Below are positions 1 to 10,610 of a stretch of 64,000 nucleotides of DNA, piece by piece. Position numbers and translations under genes: made by a program. Positions within the stretch are counted from its first letter, which is position 1. Every line of letters begins with the position of its first letter. The stretch is from an uncultured Spirochaetota bacterium (lineage in GTDB: Bacteria > Spirochaetota > Spirochaetia > SZUA-6 > Fen-1364), in NCBI GenBank assembly GCA_963734545.1, contig CAVTHO010000004.1:480001-544000 (forward strand). The letters are read 5' to 3'. The notes under the pieces were generated by a model, which did not search any database, had not been told where the DNA came from, and saw only the letters and a list, made by a program, of their open reading frames with translations.

Positions 1-535
1 GCTCCCTCAGGAGCTCGATGGATTGCGGCACGTTCCCGCTGGAATCCTTGATGCCGACGATGTTCGGAATTCTCGACAGTCTCAGGGTGGTATCGTTCTC
101 GACATTGCGGCCGGTCCGATGAGGGATGTTGTAGATGAGGACCTGTTTGTCGGTGGCCCCTGCAACCCGGGCATAGTGCTCGTAAATGCCTTCCTGAGAA
201 GGAAGATTGTAGGAAGGCGAGGTCACGAGGTAGCCGGAGATGCTGAAGCGATTCAGATTCACTATCAGGCGGACCGCCCTCTGCGTACTGTTGCTGCTCA
301 CTCCGACGTAGACAGGCACCTTGCCTTTGACGACATCGACGGTGGCCTCGACAATCTGGTTGTACTCGTTCTCTTCTATAGTGGGAGACTCACCTGTCGT
401 TCCCAGCGGGATGAGCCCGTGGACACCCTTGGCCAGGTAGTGGACCACCAGCTGCCTGTACGCTGCAATATCCACCCTGCCGTCGATGAAAGGAGTGACC
501 AGGGGAATCAGAACACCGTTTACTCTGCCTGCCAC
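1..535 (-). CDS. dapA: Dihydrodipicolinate synthase (DapA/NanA) family aldolase, runs off window start
   Basis: Manual minus-strand translation from GTG at 535 (GGAGG upstream): GVLIPLVTPF...LGTTGESPT...LIYNIPHRTG...IVGIKDSSG. Not in the ORF track because it is truncated. Confidence 0.85.
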   Translation of the reverse strand, partial: MAGRVNGVLIPLVTPFIDGRVDIAAYRQLVVHYLAKGVHGLIPLGTTGESPTIEENEYNQIVEATVDVVKGKVPVYVGVSSNSTQRAVRLIVNLNRFSISGYLVTSPSYNLPSQEGIYEHYARVAGATDKQVLIYNIPHRTGRNVENDTTLRLSRIPNIVGIKDSSGNVPQSIELLRE

Positions 536-2182
536 TGCAATGCCTCCTTCAGTGACTCGAGCACGGGCGTGATGTCTTTCTCGCATCCCACAGCTATGCG
601 AACGAGAAACCGGGGGAGCCCGATCTCGGCGAGCTGTTCGTCCGTATCGTCATAATGGGTGAGCAGGGTGTAGGGACAGAGAAGCGTCAAATCCGATCCC
701 AGGCTTGGTGCCTTGATGATGCCGGGAAGCGGAGAATCATAGAACCCGCGGAGGCCTTCCAGGCTGTTTCGGGTCAGCACAAAGCTGATGACACTGCCCG
801 GGTCCGCGCAGCAGGCGTCGGGCAGTGGAGTAGCTGCGGTGCGACGGGAGGCCGTTGAAAAAGACGCGCTGGACGCCCGGGTGCTCCGCCAGGAAGGAAG
901 CCACCCTGGCTGCGTTCTCATTGAATCGGCGCATCCGCTCGGCCAGGCTGCCCAGGTTCCTCTCCAGCGCTTCGGCTTCCAGGGGAGACATCCTGTCGTT
1001 CAGCAGGTCCTGATTGTCGGCAAGGACCCGAGCCCGCTCGGCATCACGCACGATCACCGCTCCTCCGGCATGGTCGTTGCGGCCGTTGAGGTACTTTGTC
1101 GTGCTGTGAATCACGTAGTCCGCGCCGAGCTCGAAGGGACGACAGTTCTCGGGCGTGGCGAAGGTGTTGTCGACCACGAGGGGAATCCCGCGCGCCCTCG
1201 CGATCCGGGAGAGAACTTCCAGATCGGGTACGTCGCTCAAAGGGTTGGTGATGGTTTCCGTGAGGATCGCCGCAGTCTGATTCCCCGCGAGATCGTCGAG
1301 CCTCTCGAGCTCATCCACGCCGAGAAACACGTTGCGCCCGAGACGGAGGCTCACGAACGTGTCGTTGTAGAGATGGCCTACCGCAACGATCTGCGATCTG
1401 CCTGGTCGGCGAAGAACGTCGAGAACCCGGGTGATTGCGCTCATTCCGGAAGAATAGAGAAACGCCTGCTTTCCGCCCTCCAGCCGGCAGAGCGCCTCTG
1501 CCACGCGTCGGGAAGCCCCAGGGTCGCTCCGGTCGCCCCTGCCGCTCAGGAGGCAATCCGCCGACCTGCTCGAGAGGATGGGACCGCGTCGCTTCATCTG
1601 CTCGGCGAGCCGGTCCATGGTGCGGTCCGCATTCCCCAGCACGGCACCCGCCTGCACCGTTTCCTGTCCGGCGCCGAGCCCCACGACAAAGAATCGCGCG
1701 CCGGTCGCTTCAGCGGGCGGCTCCGGCAGCCGGCCGTGCCCGGACCTCACGACGGCGATAACTGCATCGTCCCGACCAAGATCCGGCGGTATCTCGTCTG
1801 CCCGCGCAATGACTTGAACAGCAACTCCCTCCCGGTCGCACGCGGGAAGAAAAGTATTGTCGGTGAAAGGCGGTGCCGTGTCCTTTCCATTCAGGAGAAT
1901 GATCCTGCTCTTTATGCCCGGTTTGTGGAGACAGAGAACAAGCTCGAGGAGCGCGATCTCGAATGATTCCGCCAGTTTGCAATGCCGGCAGTGGAAGCTG
2001 CTTTTCAGCGCCTCTTCGAGCTGCCGCAGCCGGGGATGGGAGACGAACCTGTAGTATCCGTGGTCGAACTCCGCCGTGCCTTCCTTGAACGCGATGACGT
2101 CGGCCAGAGTCGGCAGGGTCCCTGTGATCGAATATTCACCGCCGACGGCCTCGCCCGGCTTGCAGTCCTTGAGATCAGCCAT
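520..2182 (-). CDS. PLP-dependent trans-sulfuration enzyme (cystathionine gamma-synthase-like); one frameshift near 800
   Basis: ORF 737..2182 has SSGMSAI, ETITNP, VVDNTFATP, HSTTKYLNG; the C-terminus (SLGSDLTLLCPYTLLTHY...LVRIAVGCE) is in ORF 520..921. Confidence 0.85.
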
Positions 2183-2187
2183 GGCGA

Positions 2188-2217
2188 AGGATACCGGGCG
2201 CGCCGTCAGCGTGTCAA
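2188..2217 (-). promoter_or_regulatory. sigma70-type promoter, probably leaderless
   Basis: TTGACA-N18-TATCCT ending 5 nt before the ATG at 2182; no SD. Confidence 0.6.
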
Positions 2218-2218
2218 A

Positions 2219-2875
2219 CTATGGCTGCGGCACGATGCGCAGGTACGGCCGCGGCGCCTTCCATCCCTGCGGATACGTTTTCCTTGCCTCCTCGTCCGAG
2301 ACGGAGCCCGCAATTATCACATCGTCCCCCGCCTTCCAGTTGACCGGCGTGGCAACCTTGTGCTTCGCGGTCAGCTGCAGGGAGTCGATCACGCGCAGGA
2401 CTTCATCGAAGTTCCGACCGGTCGTCATGGGATAGACGATCATCAGCTTGATTTTCTTGTCGGGGCCTATGACGAACACGTTGCGAACGGTCTGGTTGTC
2501 CGCGGCGGTGCGTCCCTCGCAGCTCCCGTCAAGGTCGGCGGGAAGCATGCCGAACGCCTTGGAGACTTCCAGCCTGGTGTCCCCTATCATGGGAAAGTTC
2601 GGCGCAAAGCCCTGCGTGTCCTTGATGTCCTTTGACCATTTGGCGTGACTTTCGACAGGATCGACGCTCAGCCCGATGATCTTGGTATGCCTCTTGTCGA
2701 ATTCGGGCTTGAGCTTCGCCATGTAGCCAAGCTCCGTCGTACACACGGGAGTGAAATCCTTGGGGTGCGAGAAAAGCACAGCCCAGGAATCGCCAATCCA
2801 TTCGTGGAATCGAATGCGGCCGTCCGTTGTTTCCGCCTCGAAATCAGGGACGATGCTGCCTATCTGAAGAGCCAT
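2219..2875 (-). CDS. 1-Cys peroxiredoxin (Prx6 family)
   Basis: FSHPKDFTPVCTTE active-site motif, YPMTTGRNFDEVLRVIDSLQ, GGAGG SD. Confidence 0.95.
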   Translation of the reverse strand: MALQIGSIVPDFEAETTDGRIRFHEWIGDSWAVLFSHPKDFTPVCTTELGYMAKLKPEFDKRHTKIIGLSVDPVESHAKWSKDIKDTQGFAPNFPMIGDTRLEVSKAFGMLPADLDGSCEGRTAADNQTVRNVFVIGPDKKIKLMIVYPMTTGRNFDEVLRVIDSLQLTAKHKVATPVNWKAGDDVIIAGSVSDEEARKTYPQGWKAPRPYLRIVPQP

Positions 2876-2904
2876 TGCTCACCTCCATCAAAATGTTATG
2901 TAAA

Positions 2905-2926
2905 CATACTGAGTATATTGAGTATG
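2905..2926. promoter_or_regulatory. 22-bp imperfect palindrome, candidate operator upstream of the peroxiredoxin
   Basis: CATACTGAGTATATTGAGTATG, 18/22 positions symmetric, in an AT-rich divergent intergenic region. Confidence 0.55.
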
Positions 2927-3008
2927 AGGCAAGCAAAAGAGTGGCAGGCAATTTCTTGACACGACATATCTCGATCCTCTATCAAAGTGAGAGGGGGGAG
3001 GGGCTTGA

Positions 3009-3995
3009 GTGAATATCGGCATCAAGCAGCTCGCCGACATCGCCGGCGTTTCCATAGGCACGGTGGATCGCGCCCTGCACAACAGGTCGGGGATCGATCC
3101 TGCCACAAAGGACAGGATACTTTCGGTCGCGCGTGAGCTGCACTATCGCCCTCACTATCTGGCGCGCAGTCTCGCGAACGGCGCATCCATGACGATCGGC
3201 GTCGTGGTGTACGATCTCAAGAACTTCTTCTTCTCCGAGCTGGTCGAGGTGATCGAGGCAAAAGCGAAGGCCAGGAACTACTACGTGTATCTCATGCTCA
3301 GTCACAAGGACCAGGAGCAGGAGATCCAGTCCCTCGATCATCTCCGGGGGCTGAACGTCGACGGGATCATCATGGTCCCCATCAATTGGGGCTCGGATTT
3401 CGACAGGTACCTGCGGGGCCTGGACTGCCCGATCGTCACCATCTCCAACAGGATTTCCAGGAATTGGCCGTGGGTGGGCATCAACGACTACGAGGCCATG
3501 GGAGATGCCGTCCGCTACCTCGCCGCCAAGGGATACACGCGCATCGTCTACGTGAGCCCCAATGTCGCGGGCGCGTGCGCCAGGAACCTCAGCAGCGCCG
3601 ACCAGAGACTGCTCGGCTACGAGAACGCGCTGCGCGACAACCCCTCACTCAGCGGCCCGACGCTCGTCGACAGCGACGAGGTGAATCGAATCCTGGAGCT
3701 CATGGGGGACATCCGCGCGCAGAAAACGTGCGTGCTCTGCAGCGCGGATATCCAGGCGCTGGACGTCCTCAACGTGCTCAAGAAAAACGGAATCCGAATT
3801 CCCCGGGACGTCGGTCTCATGGGATGCGACAATATCGACGTCCTGGACTACATTGCGCCCCGGCTCACCACCATCGCATTTTCCATCAAGGACATCGGGT
3901 CAAGGGCTTTCGACTGCATGATGGGCCAGATCGACGGCAGCCCCGCGGAGAGCGTGGTCCTCACGCACACCATCGTGGATGGAGAGTCCACCTGA
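3009..3995 (+). CDS. LacI family transcriptional regulator
   Basis: N-terminal IKQLADIAGVSIGTVDRAL HTH followed by a periplasmic-binding-like domain (IPRDVGLMGCDN). Confidence 0.95.
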   Translation: MNIGIKQLADIAGVSIGTVDRALHNRSGIDPATKDRILSVARELHYRPHYLARSLANGASMTIGVVVYDLKNFFFSELVEVIEAKAKARNYYVYLMLSHKDQEQEIQSLDHLRGLNVDGIIMVPINWGSDFDRYLRGLDCPIVTISNRISRNWPWVGINDYEAMGDAVRYLAAKGYTRIVYVSPNVAGACARNLSSADQRLLGYENALRDNPSLSGPTLVDSDEVNRILELMGDIRAQKTCVLCSADIQALDVLNVLKKNGIRIPRDVGLMGCDNIDVLDYIAPRLTTIAFSIKDIGSRAFDCMMGQIDGSPAESVVLTHTIVDGEST

Positions 3996-5030
3996 TCACG
4001 AGACCTGGATCTGTACCTTGACGCTCCCCGGGTCCGGCTTCGCCGCATACACGAAGGCCTCGATGCTCTTCTCGAATGGAAATGTCTCGGTGGCCAGCGG
4101 AAGCAGCTTCACCTTGCCCGAGGCCATCAGGCTCAGCGCGCGGGGGTACACGTGCGCGTACCGGAAGATCGTGCTCATGCTGATCTCCTTGGACTGCGCT
4201 TTGACGATGTCATAGGTGATGGGCGCAACCGGCATGCCGATGTAGACGAGCCGTCCTCCCGGTCTCAGCATGTCCAGGCATTGGGACGCGACATTCGGGT
4301 TTCCGCTCGCCTCGAAGACCACGTCCGCGCCCCAGCCCCCGGTGAGGCTCATCACGACGTCCACGGGGTTTTCTTTCGAGGCATCCACCGTGCGGACCGG
4401 ACCGAGGGCCGCGGCCCTCTCGAGCTTTGGTTTCGATACGTCGGTGACCACGAGCAGACCGCATCCCCCGCCCATGGCGGCAAGAACGGTCATCAGGCCG
4501 ATGGTGCCGGATCCGACGACCACGGCGATATCGCCGGGCCGGATCTCCGCCTTCGAAGCCGCGTGCATGCCGACCGCAAGAGGCTCCACCATGGCCCCCT
4601 CCGCGAAACCGACGTTCTCCGGCAGCTTGAAGGTGAAGTCCGCCGGGTGCACCACGCTGGTGCGCAGCACGCCGTGGATGGGGGGTGTTGCCCAGAAGCG
4701 CACGGCGGGATCCAGATTGTACATGCCCAGCCGGGAGGCGCGGCTCCCCGGATCGGGGATTCCCGGCTCCATGCACACCCTGTCCCCGGGGCGCAGCCCG
4801 GTCACTTCGACCCCCACCTCCTCGATCACACCGCTGGCCTCGTGCCCGAGGATCATCGGCTCCTTCACCACGTAGGGCCCGATTCGACCGTGCGTGTAGT
4901 AGTGCACGTCGCTCCCGCAGACACCGACGGTCCGCACGGCGATCCTGACATCGCGGGGGGTCATTTCCTCGTGAATCTCGATCTCCCGCAGGGAGAGCTG
5001 ATTCACTTTCTCCAGTACGAGCGCCTTCAT
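3996..5030 (-). CDS. Zn-dependent polyol dehydrogenase (xylitol/sorbitol dehydrogenase family)
   Basis: [23 protein letters not shown] and GSGTIG motifs; FRYAHVYP. Confidence 0.9.
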   Translation of the reverse strand: MKALVLEKVNQLSLREIEIHEEMTPRDVRIAVRTVGVCGSDVHYYTHGRIGPYVVKEPMILGHEASGVIEEVGVEVTGLRPGDRVCMEPGIPDPGSRASRLGMYNLDPAVRFWATPPIHGVLRTSVVHPADFTFKLPENVGFAEGAMVEPLAVGMHAASKAEIRPGDIAVVVGSGTIGLMTVLAAMGGGCGLLVVTDVSKPKLERAAALGPVRTVDASKENPVDVVMSLTGGWGADVVFEASGNPNVASQCLDMLRPGGRLVYIGMPVAPITYDIVKAQSKEISMSTIFRYAHVYPRALSLMASGKVKLLPLATETFPFEKSIEAFVYAAKPDPGSVKVQIQVS

Positions 5031-5089
5031 ATGTTCCTCCTGTGAAACCGAGCAGGAACCAGATCGTGACCGGCAGGATGAGCATTACT

Positions 5090-5134
5090 CTCGTTAACGT
5101 ACACGAGGATCTTGAAACTGGGAGGAAATGTCAA
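5090..5134 (-). promoter_or_regulatory. Promoter and LacI-type operator of the polyol dehydrogenase
   Basis: TTGACA-N17-GATCCT (5134-5106); CG-centred palindrome CTCGTTAACGTACACGAG (5090-5107) over the predicted start site. Confidence 0.6.
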
Positions 5135-5151
5135 GCAGTTTTCGAGGTCCC

Positions 5152-6948
5152 TCAGGGCTGTCTGGAGTCCACCTTCTCCCGGTAGAAAGCCTGGAGGGTA
5201 TAAAACGCCTTCTTTCTGGTCTTCTTGTCTTCCGCGATGAGCCCTTTTCGATTGAATCCGCCCTGGTAGCGGTTCTGCCGCCGCGGACACGTGAAGTCAT
5301 AGAGGATCCAGGGGGTCAGCCCCCTGACGTACGTCAGCTTCCGGATGGTGCGTATCTGGATCTCATAGACATGTTCCATGTACTCCTCGGTGAACTTCTC
5401 GGAAACGGTGCCGTGATGCCCCGCCCGGGCATCCGCGCCGAACTCCGAGATGATCACCGGCTTGTCCGGGCTGGAGTTCCTGAACAGGACTTCCAGCTCC
5501 TCGATGTTCGGCTTGTACCATCCGTAGTATTCATTCAATCCAATGACGTCCAGGTACTCGCTGAGCCGGTCCTCGATTCGTATCTTTTCATGATTGACCA
5601 GGCAGGCTGCGGTCACGAGCCGGGAGGGGTCCACCGCCTTGGCCTTCAGCGCGAGGTTCTTCATGAACCGCAGCCGATCGTCCGTGTCGGCGTTCTCGTT
5701 GCCGACCGCCCAGATGATCACGCTGGCCCTGTTGAAATCCCGGTTGATCAGCTCGCTGAGCTGGTTTTCCGCGTCCGCGTAGGTGGACGGGTTCTGGAAT
5801 TCGATGGCCCAGTACACCGGGATCTCCTCCCACAGAAGGAACCCCAGCACGTCCGCCATCTTTGCCACCAGCTCGTGGTGCGGGTAGTGGGCAAGACGAA
5901 GGAAGTTGCAGCCCAGGTCCCTGGCATCTCGGAACCTGCGGCCGATGTCCTCACCGTCGCTGTACTTCCCCTTCAAGGCGTCGTCTTCGTGGACACTGAT
6001 GCCGCGCAGGAACAGCGGCTTGCCGTTCAGGAGAATGTCCGTGCCCTGGACCCGGATCTGGCGGAACCCCACCCGGTCGGCCACCTCGTCCTCGCCGCAC
6101 CGCACGCGCACGTCGTAGCACCGGGGGTTCTCCGGGGACCAGAGCTCGGGGGCAGCGTGCAGGGTCTCCCGGCAGATGCCGTCATGCACGGCGAGCTCCT
6201 TCCCGATCTGGAGCTCGGGGATGTCCACGGTGAGTGTGCCGCGCCAGCCGGGATCACTGAGCCGGACTTCCAGCGCGATATTCTTGAACGTGTCGTCCGG
6301 GACAAGGTGGATCTTGAAGTCCTTGATGAAAAGCGCCGGCACCCTGATGAGCTCGATGTCCCGGTAGAGCCCGCCCCAGTTGAACCAGTCGGTGTTCCTC
6401 ATGGGCACCCGGTCCGAGGTCCGTGTGTTGTTCACGCAGACCTGGATGGTGTTCTCCGGCTTGAGCTTCCCCGTGAACTCGCAGAAAAACGGCGTGGACC
6501 CGCCGTAGTGGTTTCCCAGGAACTCCGAGTTCAGGTACACCTTGGTGTCGTAGTTGGCGCCCCCGATCCTCAGGAAAACCCGCTCGCTGCTGTCCACGGG
6601 ATTGTAGAGGAACGTCCGCGCGTACCAGACGCAGCCCTCGAACCAGAAATACTCGGGCTTGATCCGGTTCCAGCAGCCGGGCACCCAGGACAGCTCGCCC
6701 TGCTCAACCTGGTAGTCATACGGGACCTGCTCGCCCTGCGCGTTGCGGCCCTTGGGCACATGCCAGTTGTCCCGCAGGCCCACGTCGTACTGGTCCAGCA
6801 CCGTGTGCCACAGGCCGTTGAGCTGTTCCCGTTTCCTTCCCTCCACGAAAATCATGCTCTCCGCATTCAAGGTGCGCGTATCGAACTGGGCGTAGTAGCG
6901 TTCGTTGTGGATTGACGCCTCGAAGTTGCCTTTCGGTCGGACCTGCAT
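5152..6948 (-). CDS. Glycoside hydrolase family 2 (beta-glucuronidase-like)
   Basis: LRGISVHED, FLRLAHYPH, WAVGNE (acid/base), ISEFGAD (nucleophile), NRKG motif. Confidence 0.92.
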   Translation of the reverse strand: MQVRPKGNFEASIHNERYYAQFDTRTLNAESMIFVEGRKREQLNGLWHTVLDQYDVGLRDNWHVPKGRNAQGEQVPYDYQVEQGELSWVPGCWNRIKPEYFWFEGCVWYARTFLYNPVDSSERVFLRIGGANYDTKVYLNSEFLGNHYGGSTPFFCEFTGKLKPENTIQVCVNNTRTSDRVPMRNTDWFNWGGLYRDIELIRVPALFIKDFKIHLVPDDTFKNIALEVRLSDPGWRGTLTVDIPELQIGKELAVHDGICRETLHAAPELWSPENPRCYDVRVRCGEDEVADRVGFRQIRVQGTDILLNGKPLFLRGISVHEDDALKGKYSDGEDIGRRFRDARDLGCNFLRLAHYPHHELVAKMADVLGFLLWEEIPVYWAIEFQNPSTYADAENQLSELINRDFNRASVIIWAVGNENADTDDRLRFMKNLALKAKAVDPSRLVTAACLVNHEKIRIEDRLSEYLDVIGLNEYYGWYKPNIEELEVLFRNSSPDKPVIISEFGADARAGHHGTVSEKFTEEYMEHVYEIQIRTIRKLTYVRGLTPWILYDFTCPRRQNRYQGGFNRKGLIAEDKKTRKKAFYTLQAFYREKVDSRQP

Positions 6949-6949
6949 G

Positions 6950-8821
6950 TCAATCTCCTTGGTTCTTCCTGAGGATGCTGCTGAAACGGTCTTTCAGCTC
7001 TTCCACGATTCTGGTGAAGTCCGGCGGCTCCTGCCAGAGTTTTTCTCCACGGCCGGGCTCGGGGTGGGCCAGGGCGGCGCCGCACAGCACGTGCCTGCCC
7101 GCGGGATACTCGCCGAGCAGAGAGGGAATGAACGTGCGCTCATGCATGATGTTCGCATTCGGGTTTGCCACCACGACCCGGCCCTTTCTCGGCCGGCCGA
7201 TGTTGCGGAGGCCGCTGAAGCCCAGCGGCGTCTTCCACCAGGACTCGTCCTGCACCGGCTCCTGCAGCCGGCCCGGCAGGGGGTAGGAAGAGTCATCGTA
7301 GGGAAGCGCAAATCCGCCTTCCACCGTGGAGAACGCCGAGGCGGATATCACCTGGTGCAGCCTGACGGACCAGGCGCCGGCAAGCCCCAGGCACGTGGTG
7401 ATGAGCATCCCCGGGAACGGCTTCCAGGCGGAGCAGAGACATTCACCCGAGACGGCGTGATCGAAGGTTTCCATCCGATAGCGGTAAAAACGATCACCCA
7501 GGCTGATCAGGAGCATGTTGTCATGCCCGAGCTTGTCCACCCCGAAGGTGTCGGTGGCAACGTTGAAGCCGAAGTAGGCCGAGTACGCGAACTTGGCGTA
7601 CTTCTCCGCCAGATGGTTGTGCTCGTTCGATTCTCCCGGCGTCCACTGGCCGGCGCTCAGGGCGTACAGGTGGCCGGCCTCTGCCGTGTCTGACAGGACG
7701 AGCCCTGTCTGGGGCTGCACGTGCGTCTTGTCCTGCTTGTCGAGCGGCTCTTCCCTGGCGCTCCAGAACGGATGGTCCGGAGGCGCGGCCAGGGCGATGA
7801 AGGCCTTCAGCGCCCACAACGGCGAGTTGGGGGAGTTGTAGCGTTCCGCCATGTGCAGGTTTGGATATCGATACCCGATTGTCTGGAGACCGGTTTCCGA
7901 GAAGAAGGGCTGGCGGAACCACCAGCGAAGATGGCGCAGGTACACGCCCTTGATCCTGCCCCAGGGAACGGCCTCGCAGTCGGCAAAGGCCAGCGCGGCC
8001 CAGAAGGCCGCTTCCGCGTACCGGTAAGTAAGGCTCCTGCCGTATGGCAGCGCGGCGCCGTCTTCCGCGAACCAGTAGAGGTAGTCCGCGGCAAAAGCGG
8101 CTGCGCGCTCCCGATATGCCGCGCGCTGTTCCTCCGCGATGAGGTCCGGGTAGCAGGTGACGAGAATCAGGCTGTAGTAGTGAAATGCCCAGGGAATGTA
8201 GTAGTCCCTGGCACGCCGCGCCTCCGGGTAACCGTCGTTGTACCAGCCTCCATCGAGATAGTACTTCTCCACCACCTGCAGGGATTGGCGCAGCTGCGCC
8301 TCATCGTACTCCGGCGCTCCGATCTTCCGGAAAGCGCAGTTGACGAGGATGCGGAAAAAGATCCAGTTGCAGTCCGGTATCTTCTGCCGGTTGATGGAGG
8401 CCAGCCACCGGGCGAAGTTTCGCTTCACCGACGGGGACAATGGGTCCCAGATCAGCTCCGGAATCAGTCCGAGCGCGTACCCGAACACGGCCATCTCGAC
8501 AAGGAGCTGATCGTAGTCCCCCGGCCGGCCCCAGAACTCCGCGTGCTCCGGATCCGTGCCGTGGGACAGGCCGCGCAGGACCCCGTCCCAGCGCTCGTAG
8601 GAGTGCCCGCCGGCAGCCAGCGGCACCAGTCCCCAGAGCAGCCGGGCAAAGCCTTCGAGGAAGGTCGCGTTGCGGCTGAAGCTGGCCCCGGGAGGCCCCG
8701 GATCGATGCGGGCATCCCCCGGGCTGATCAATGGCTGGTAGGGTTTGACCAGGTCCAGCAGCGCGCGGGTGCAGTCCGCACGGTCGATCAAAGGATTGTC
8801 GTAGACCGGCCTGTAGATCAT
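6950..8821 (-). CDS. DUF2264-family protein (putative glycoside hydrolase, GH154-like)
   Basis: LEGFARLLWG, DQLLVEMA, NWIFF, GWYNDG, YGRSLTYR and YNSPNSPLWALK motifs. Confidence 0.85.
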   Translation of the reverse strand: MIYRPVYDNPLIDRADCTRALLDLVKPYQPLISPGDARIDPGPPGASFSRNATFLEGFARLLWGLVPLAAGGHSYERWDGVLRGLSHGTDPEHAEFWGRPGDYDQLLVEMAVFGYALGLIPELIWDPLSPSVKRNFARWLASINRQKIPDCNWIFFRILVNCAFRKIGAPEYDEAQLRQSLQVVEKYYLDGGWYNDGYPEARRARDYYIPWAFHYYSLILVTCYPDLIAEEQRAAYRERAAAFAADYLYWFAEDGAALPYGRSLTYRYAEAAFWAALAFADCEAVPWGRIKGVYLRHLRWWFRQPFFSETGLQTIGYRYPNLHMAERYNSPNSPLWALKAFIALAAPPDHPFWSAREEPLDKQDKTHVQPQTGLVLSDTAEAGHLYALSAGQWTPGESNEHNHLAEKYAKFAYSAYFGFNVATDTFGVDKLGHDNMLLISLGDRFYRYRMETFDHAVSGECLCSAWKPFPGMLITTCLGLAGAWSVRLHQVISASAFSTVEGGFALPYDDSSYPLPGRLQEPVQDESWWKTPLGFSGLRNIGRPRKGRVVVANPNANIMHERTFIPSLLGEYPAGRHVLCGAALAHPEPGRGEKLWQEPPDFTRIVEELKDRFSSILRKNQGD

Positions 8822-8825
8822 GGGG

Positions 8826-9665
8826 CTATCCCTTGATGCCGCTGGCGACCACGCCGCTCACGATGTACTTCTGCGCAAAGACGTAGATGGCCAGGACCGG
8901 GATGATGGCGATCAGCGAGGCGGCCATCTGGGGCCCGTAATAGACGTCGTATTCCGTCGCGAAATCCGCCAGGCCAAGGGGCAGGGTTTTCAGCGTCTGG
9001 GCGGTCAGGTAGATCAGGGGCGTGAAGAGGTCATTCCACCAGTAGCGGAACGAGAGAATGCCCAGCGTGGCGATGACCGGCTTGGACAGCGGCAGCATGA
9101 TTTTCATGAAGATGTGAAAATGATTCACCCCCGAGATCTTCGCCGCCTCGATGTAGGAGTCCGGGATGGTCAGGAAGAACTGCCGCACCAGGAATGTGCC
9201 GAAAGCGGTGAATGAAGAGACCAGGATCAGGGCCAGGTGCGTGTCGTACAGCCCCATCAGGCGAATGATGATGAACTGCGGGATGATGTAGACCTGGAAG
9301 GGAATCATGATGGAGGAGATGTACAGCAGGAAAAGGAAGTCCCGGCCTTTCCATCTCAGCTTGCTGAACGCGTATCCCGCCGTGGTCGCCGTGACCACCT
9401 GGACCGCGGTGATGAGCAGGGTCACCTTCAGGGAATTGATGATGTACAGGGGAAACCTGCCCTGCAGGGCAGCGAAGTTCTTGAGCACGGGCAGCCGCGG
9501 GATGAAGGTCATCGGGTAGGTGAAGATTTCACTCTCGGTCTTGAAGGAGGAAGAGATGATGACCAGCAGCGGATACAGAACCACGAGGCAGGCGACCCCG
9601 AGAATCAGGTAGCTCAGGCTCCGCTCGATGGTCCGCCTGAGGGACGGGTGATCAGACAACGTCAT
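8826..9665 (-). CDS. Carbohydrate ABC transporter permease (CUT1, MalG-like)
   Basis: EAAKISG loop, multiple TM helices, C-terminal QKYIVSGVVASGIKG. Confidence 0.93.
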   Translation of the reverse strand: MTLSDHPSLRRTIERSLSYLILGVACLVVLYPLLVIISSSFKTESEIFTYPMTFIPRLPVLKNFAALQGRFPLYIINSLKVTLLITAVQVVTATTAGYAFSKLRWKGRDFLFLLYISSIMIPFQVYIIPQFIIIRLMGLYDTHLALILVSSFTAFGTFLVRQFFLTIPDSYIEAAKISGVNHFHIFMKIMLPLSKPVIATLGILSFRYWWNDLFTPLIYLTAQTLKTLPLGLADFATEYDVYYGPQMAASLIAIIPVLAIYVFAQKYIVSGVVASGIKG

Positions 9666-10554
9666 AGCTCACCCACTTCATCTGCATGCGGTATTGAACG
9701 ACCGTCACCGCCAGGACCAGGAGGAAGAGCATGACCGACTCGGCGCCTCCGTAGCCTATCTGCCAGAAGAGAAACCCGTTCTTGTAGATGTCGAACGCCA
9801 GGACCGATGTGGCGCCCGCGGGCCCCCCGCCGTACTGCCCCCCGGTCATGATGTAGATGTGGTCGAACGCCTTGAAGGCATTGATGATGGCGATGATGAC
9901 GCTGAAGAAAATGACGGGCGTGAGACCGGGCAGCGTGACGTGGACAAGCGTGGCGAGCCCGGAAGCGCCGTCCATGTCGGCGGCCTCGTACAGGGTTTCG
10001 CTGATGGATTGAAGGCCGCTCAGGAAGATGATCATGTAGTAGCCGAAGGACTGCCAGACGAAGACCACGATGATGGTAAGGAGCGCGGTGGACTTTTCCG
10101 ACAGCCAGGGAACCGGCGGCAGGGACAGGGATTTCAGGAAGTTGTTGATCGGCCCCTGCGTGGGATGGAACATGATGAGGAAGGAAAGACAGACGGCGAT
10201 GCTGGACAGGACGACGGGCAGGAAGATGACGGAGCGGAAGAGGGTCCTTCCCTTGATGCGTTGATTCAACAGCAGCGCGAAAAAAAACCCGAACAGGAGC
10301 TGGAGCAGCACGGAGACGGCAACAAAGACGAATGTCACCGAGACGGACTGCCAGAACTTCTGGTCCGTCAGGATCAGCCGGTAGTTGTGCAGCCCGATCA
10401 GCCTGATGTTCCGAAACGAGCCGGAGTAATTGGTGAAGGAGATCAGGAAAGAGGAGACGATCGGCACGATCAGGAAGACGATGAATCCGACCAGGCTGGG
10501 CAGCACGAACAGCCAGGCGATCCTCGAATCGTCCATCAGGGAGTTCTTTTTCAA
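9652..10554 (-). CDS. Carbohydrate ABC transporter permease (CUT1, MalF-like)
   Basis: LYEAADMDGA motif; TTG start at 10554 with AGGAG SD. The ORF-track start at 11088 is an over-extension. Confidence 0.92.
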   Translation of the reverse strand: MKKNSLMDDSRIAWLFVLPSLVGFIVFLIVPIVSSFLISFTNYSGSFRNIRLIGLHNYRLILTDQKFWQSVSVTFVFVAVSVLLQLLFGFFFALLLNQRIKGRTLFRSVIFLPVVLSSIAVCLSFLIMFHPTQGPINNFLKSLSLPPVPWLSEKSTALLTIIVVFVWQSFGYYMIIFLSGLQSISETLYEAADMDGASGLATLVHVTLPGLTPVIFFSVIIAIINAFKAFDHIYIMTGGQYGGGPAGATSVLAFDIYKNGFLFWQIGYGGAESVMLFLLVLAVTVVQYRMQMKWVSYDVV

Positions 10555-10570
10555 GCGCTGGTTCTCTCCT

Positions 10571-10600
10571 GGGAAAGGGAGGGCCCGGCCCTCCCCTTCC
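10571..10600. other. Stem-loop directly downstream of the solute-binding protein gene
   Basis: GGGAAAGGGAGGGCCCGGCCCTCCCCTTCC inverted repeat with no U-tract. Confidence 0.6.
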
Positions 10601-10610
10601 TCGGCCGCTG

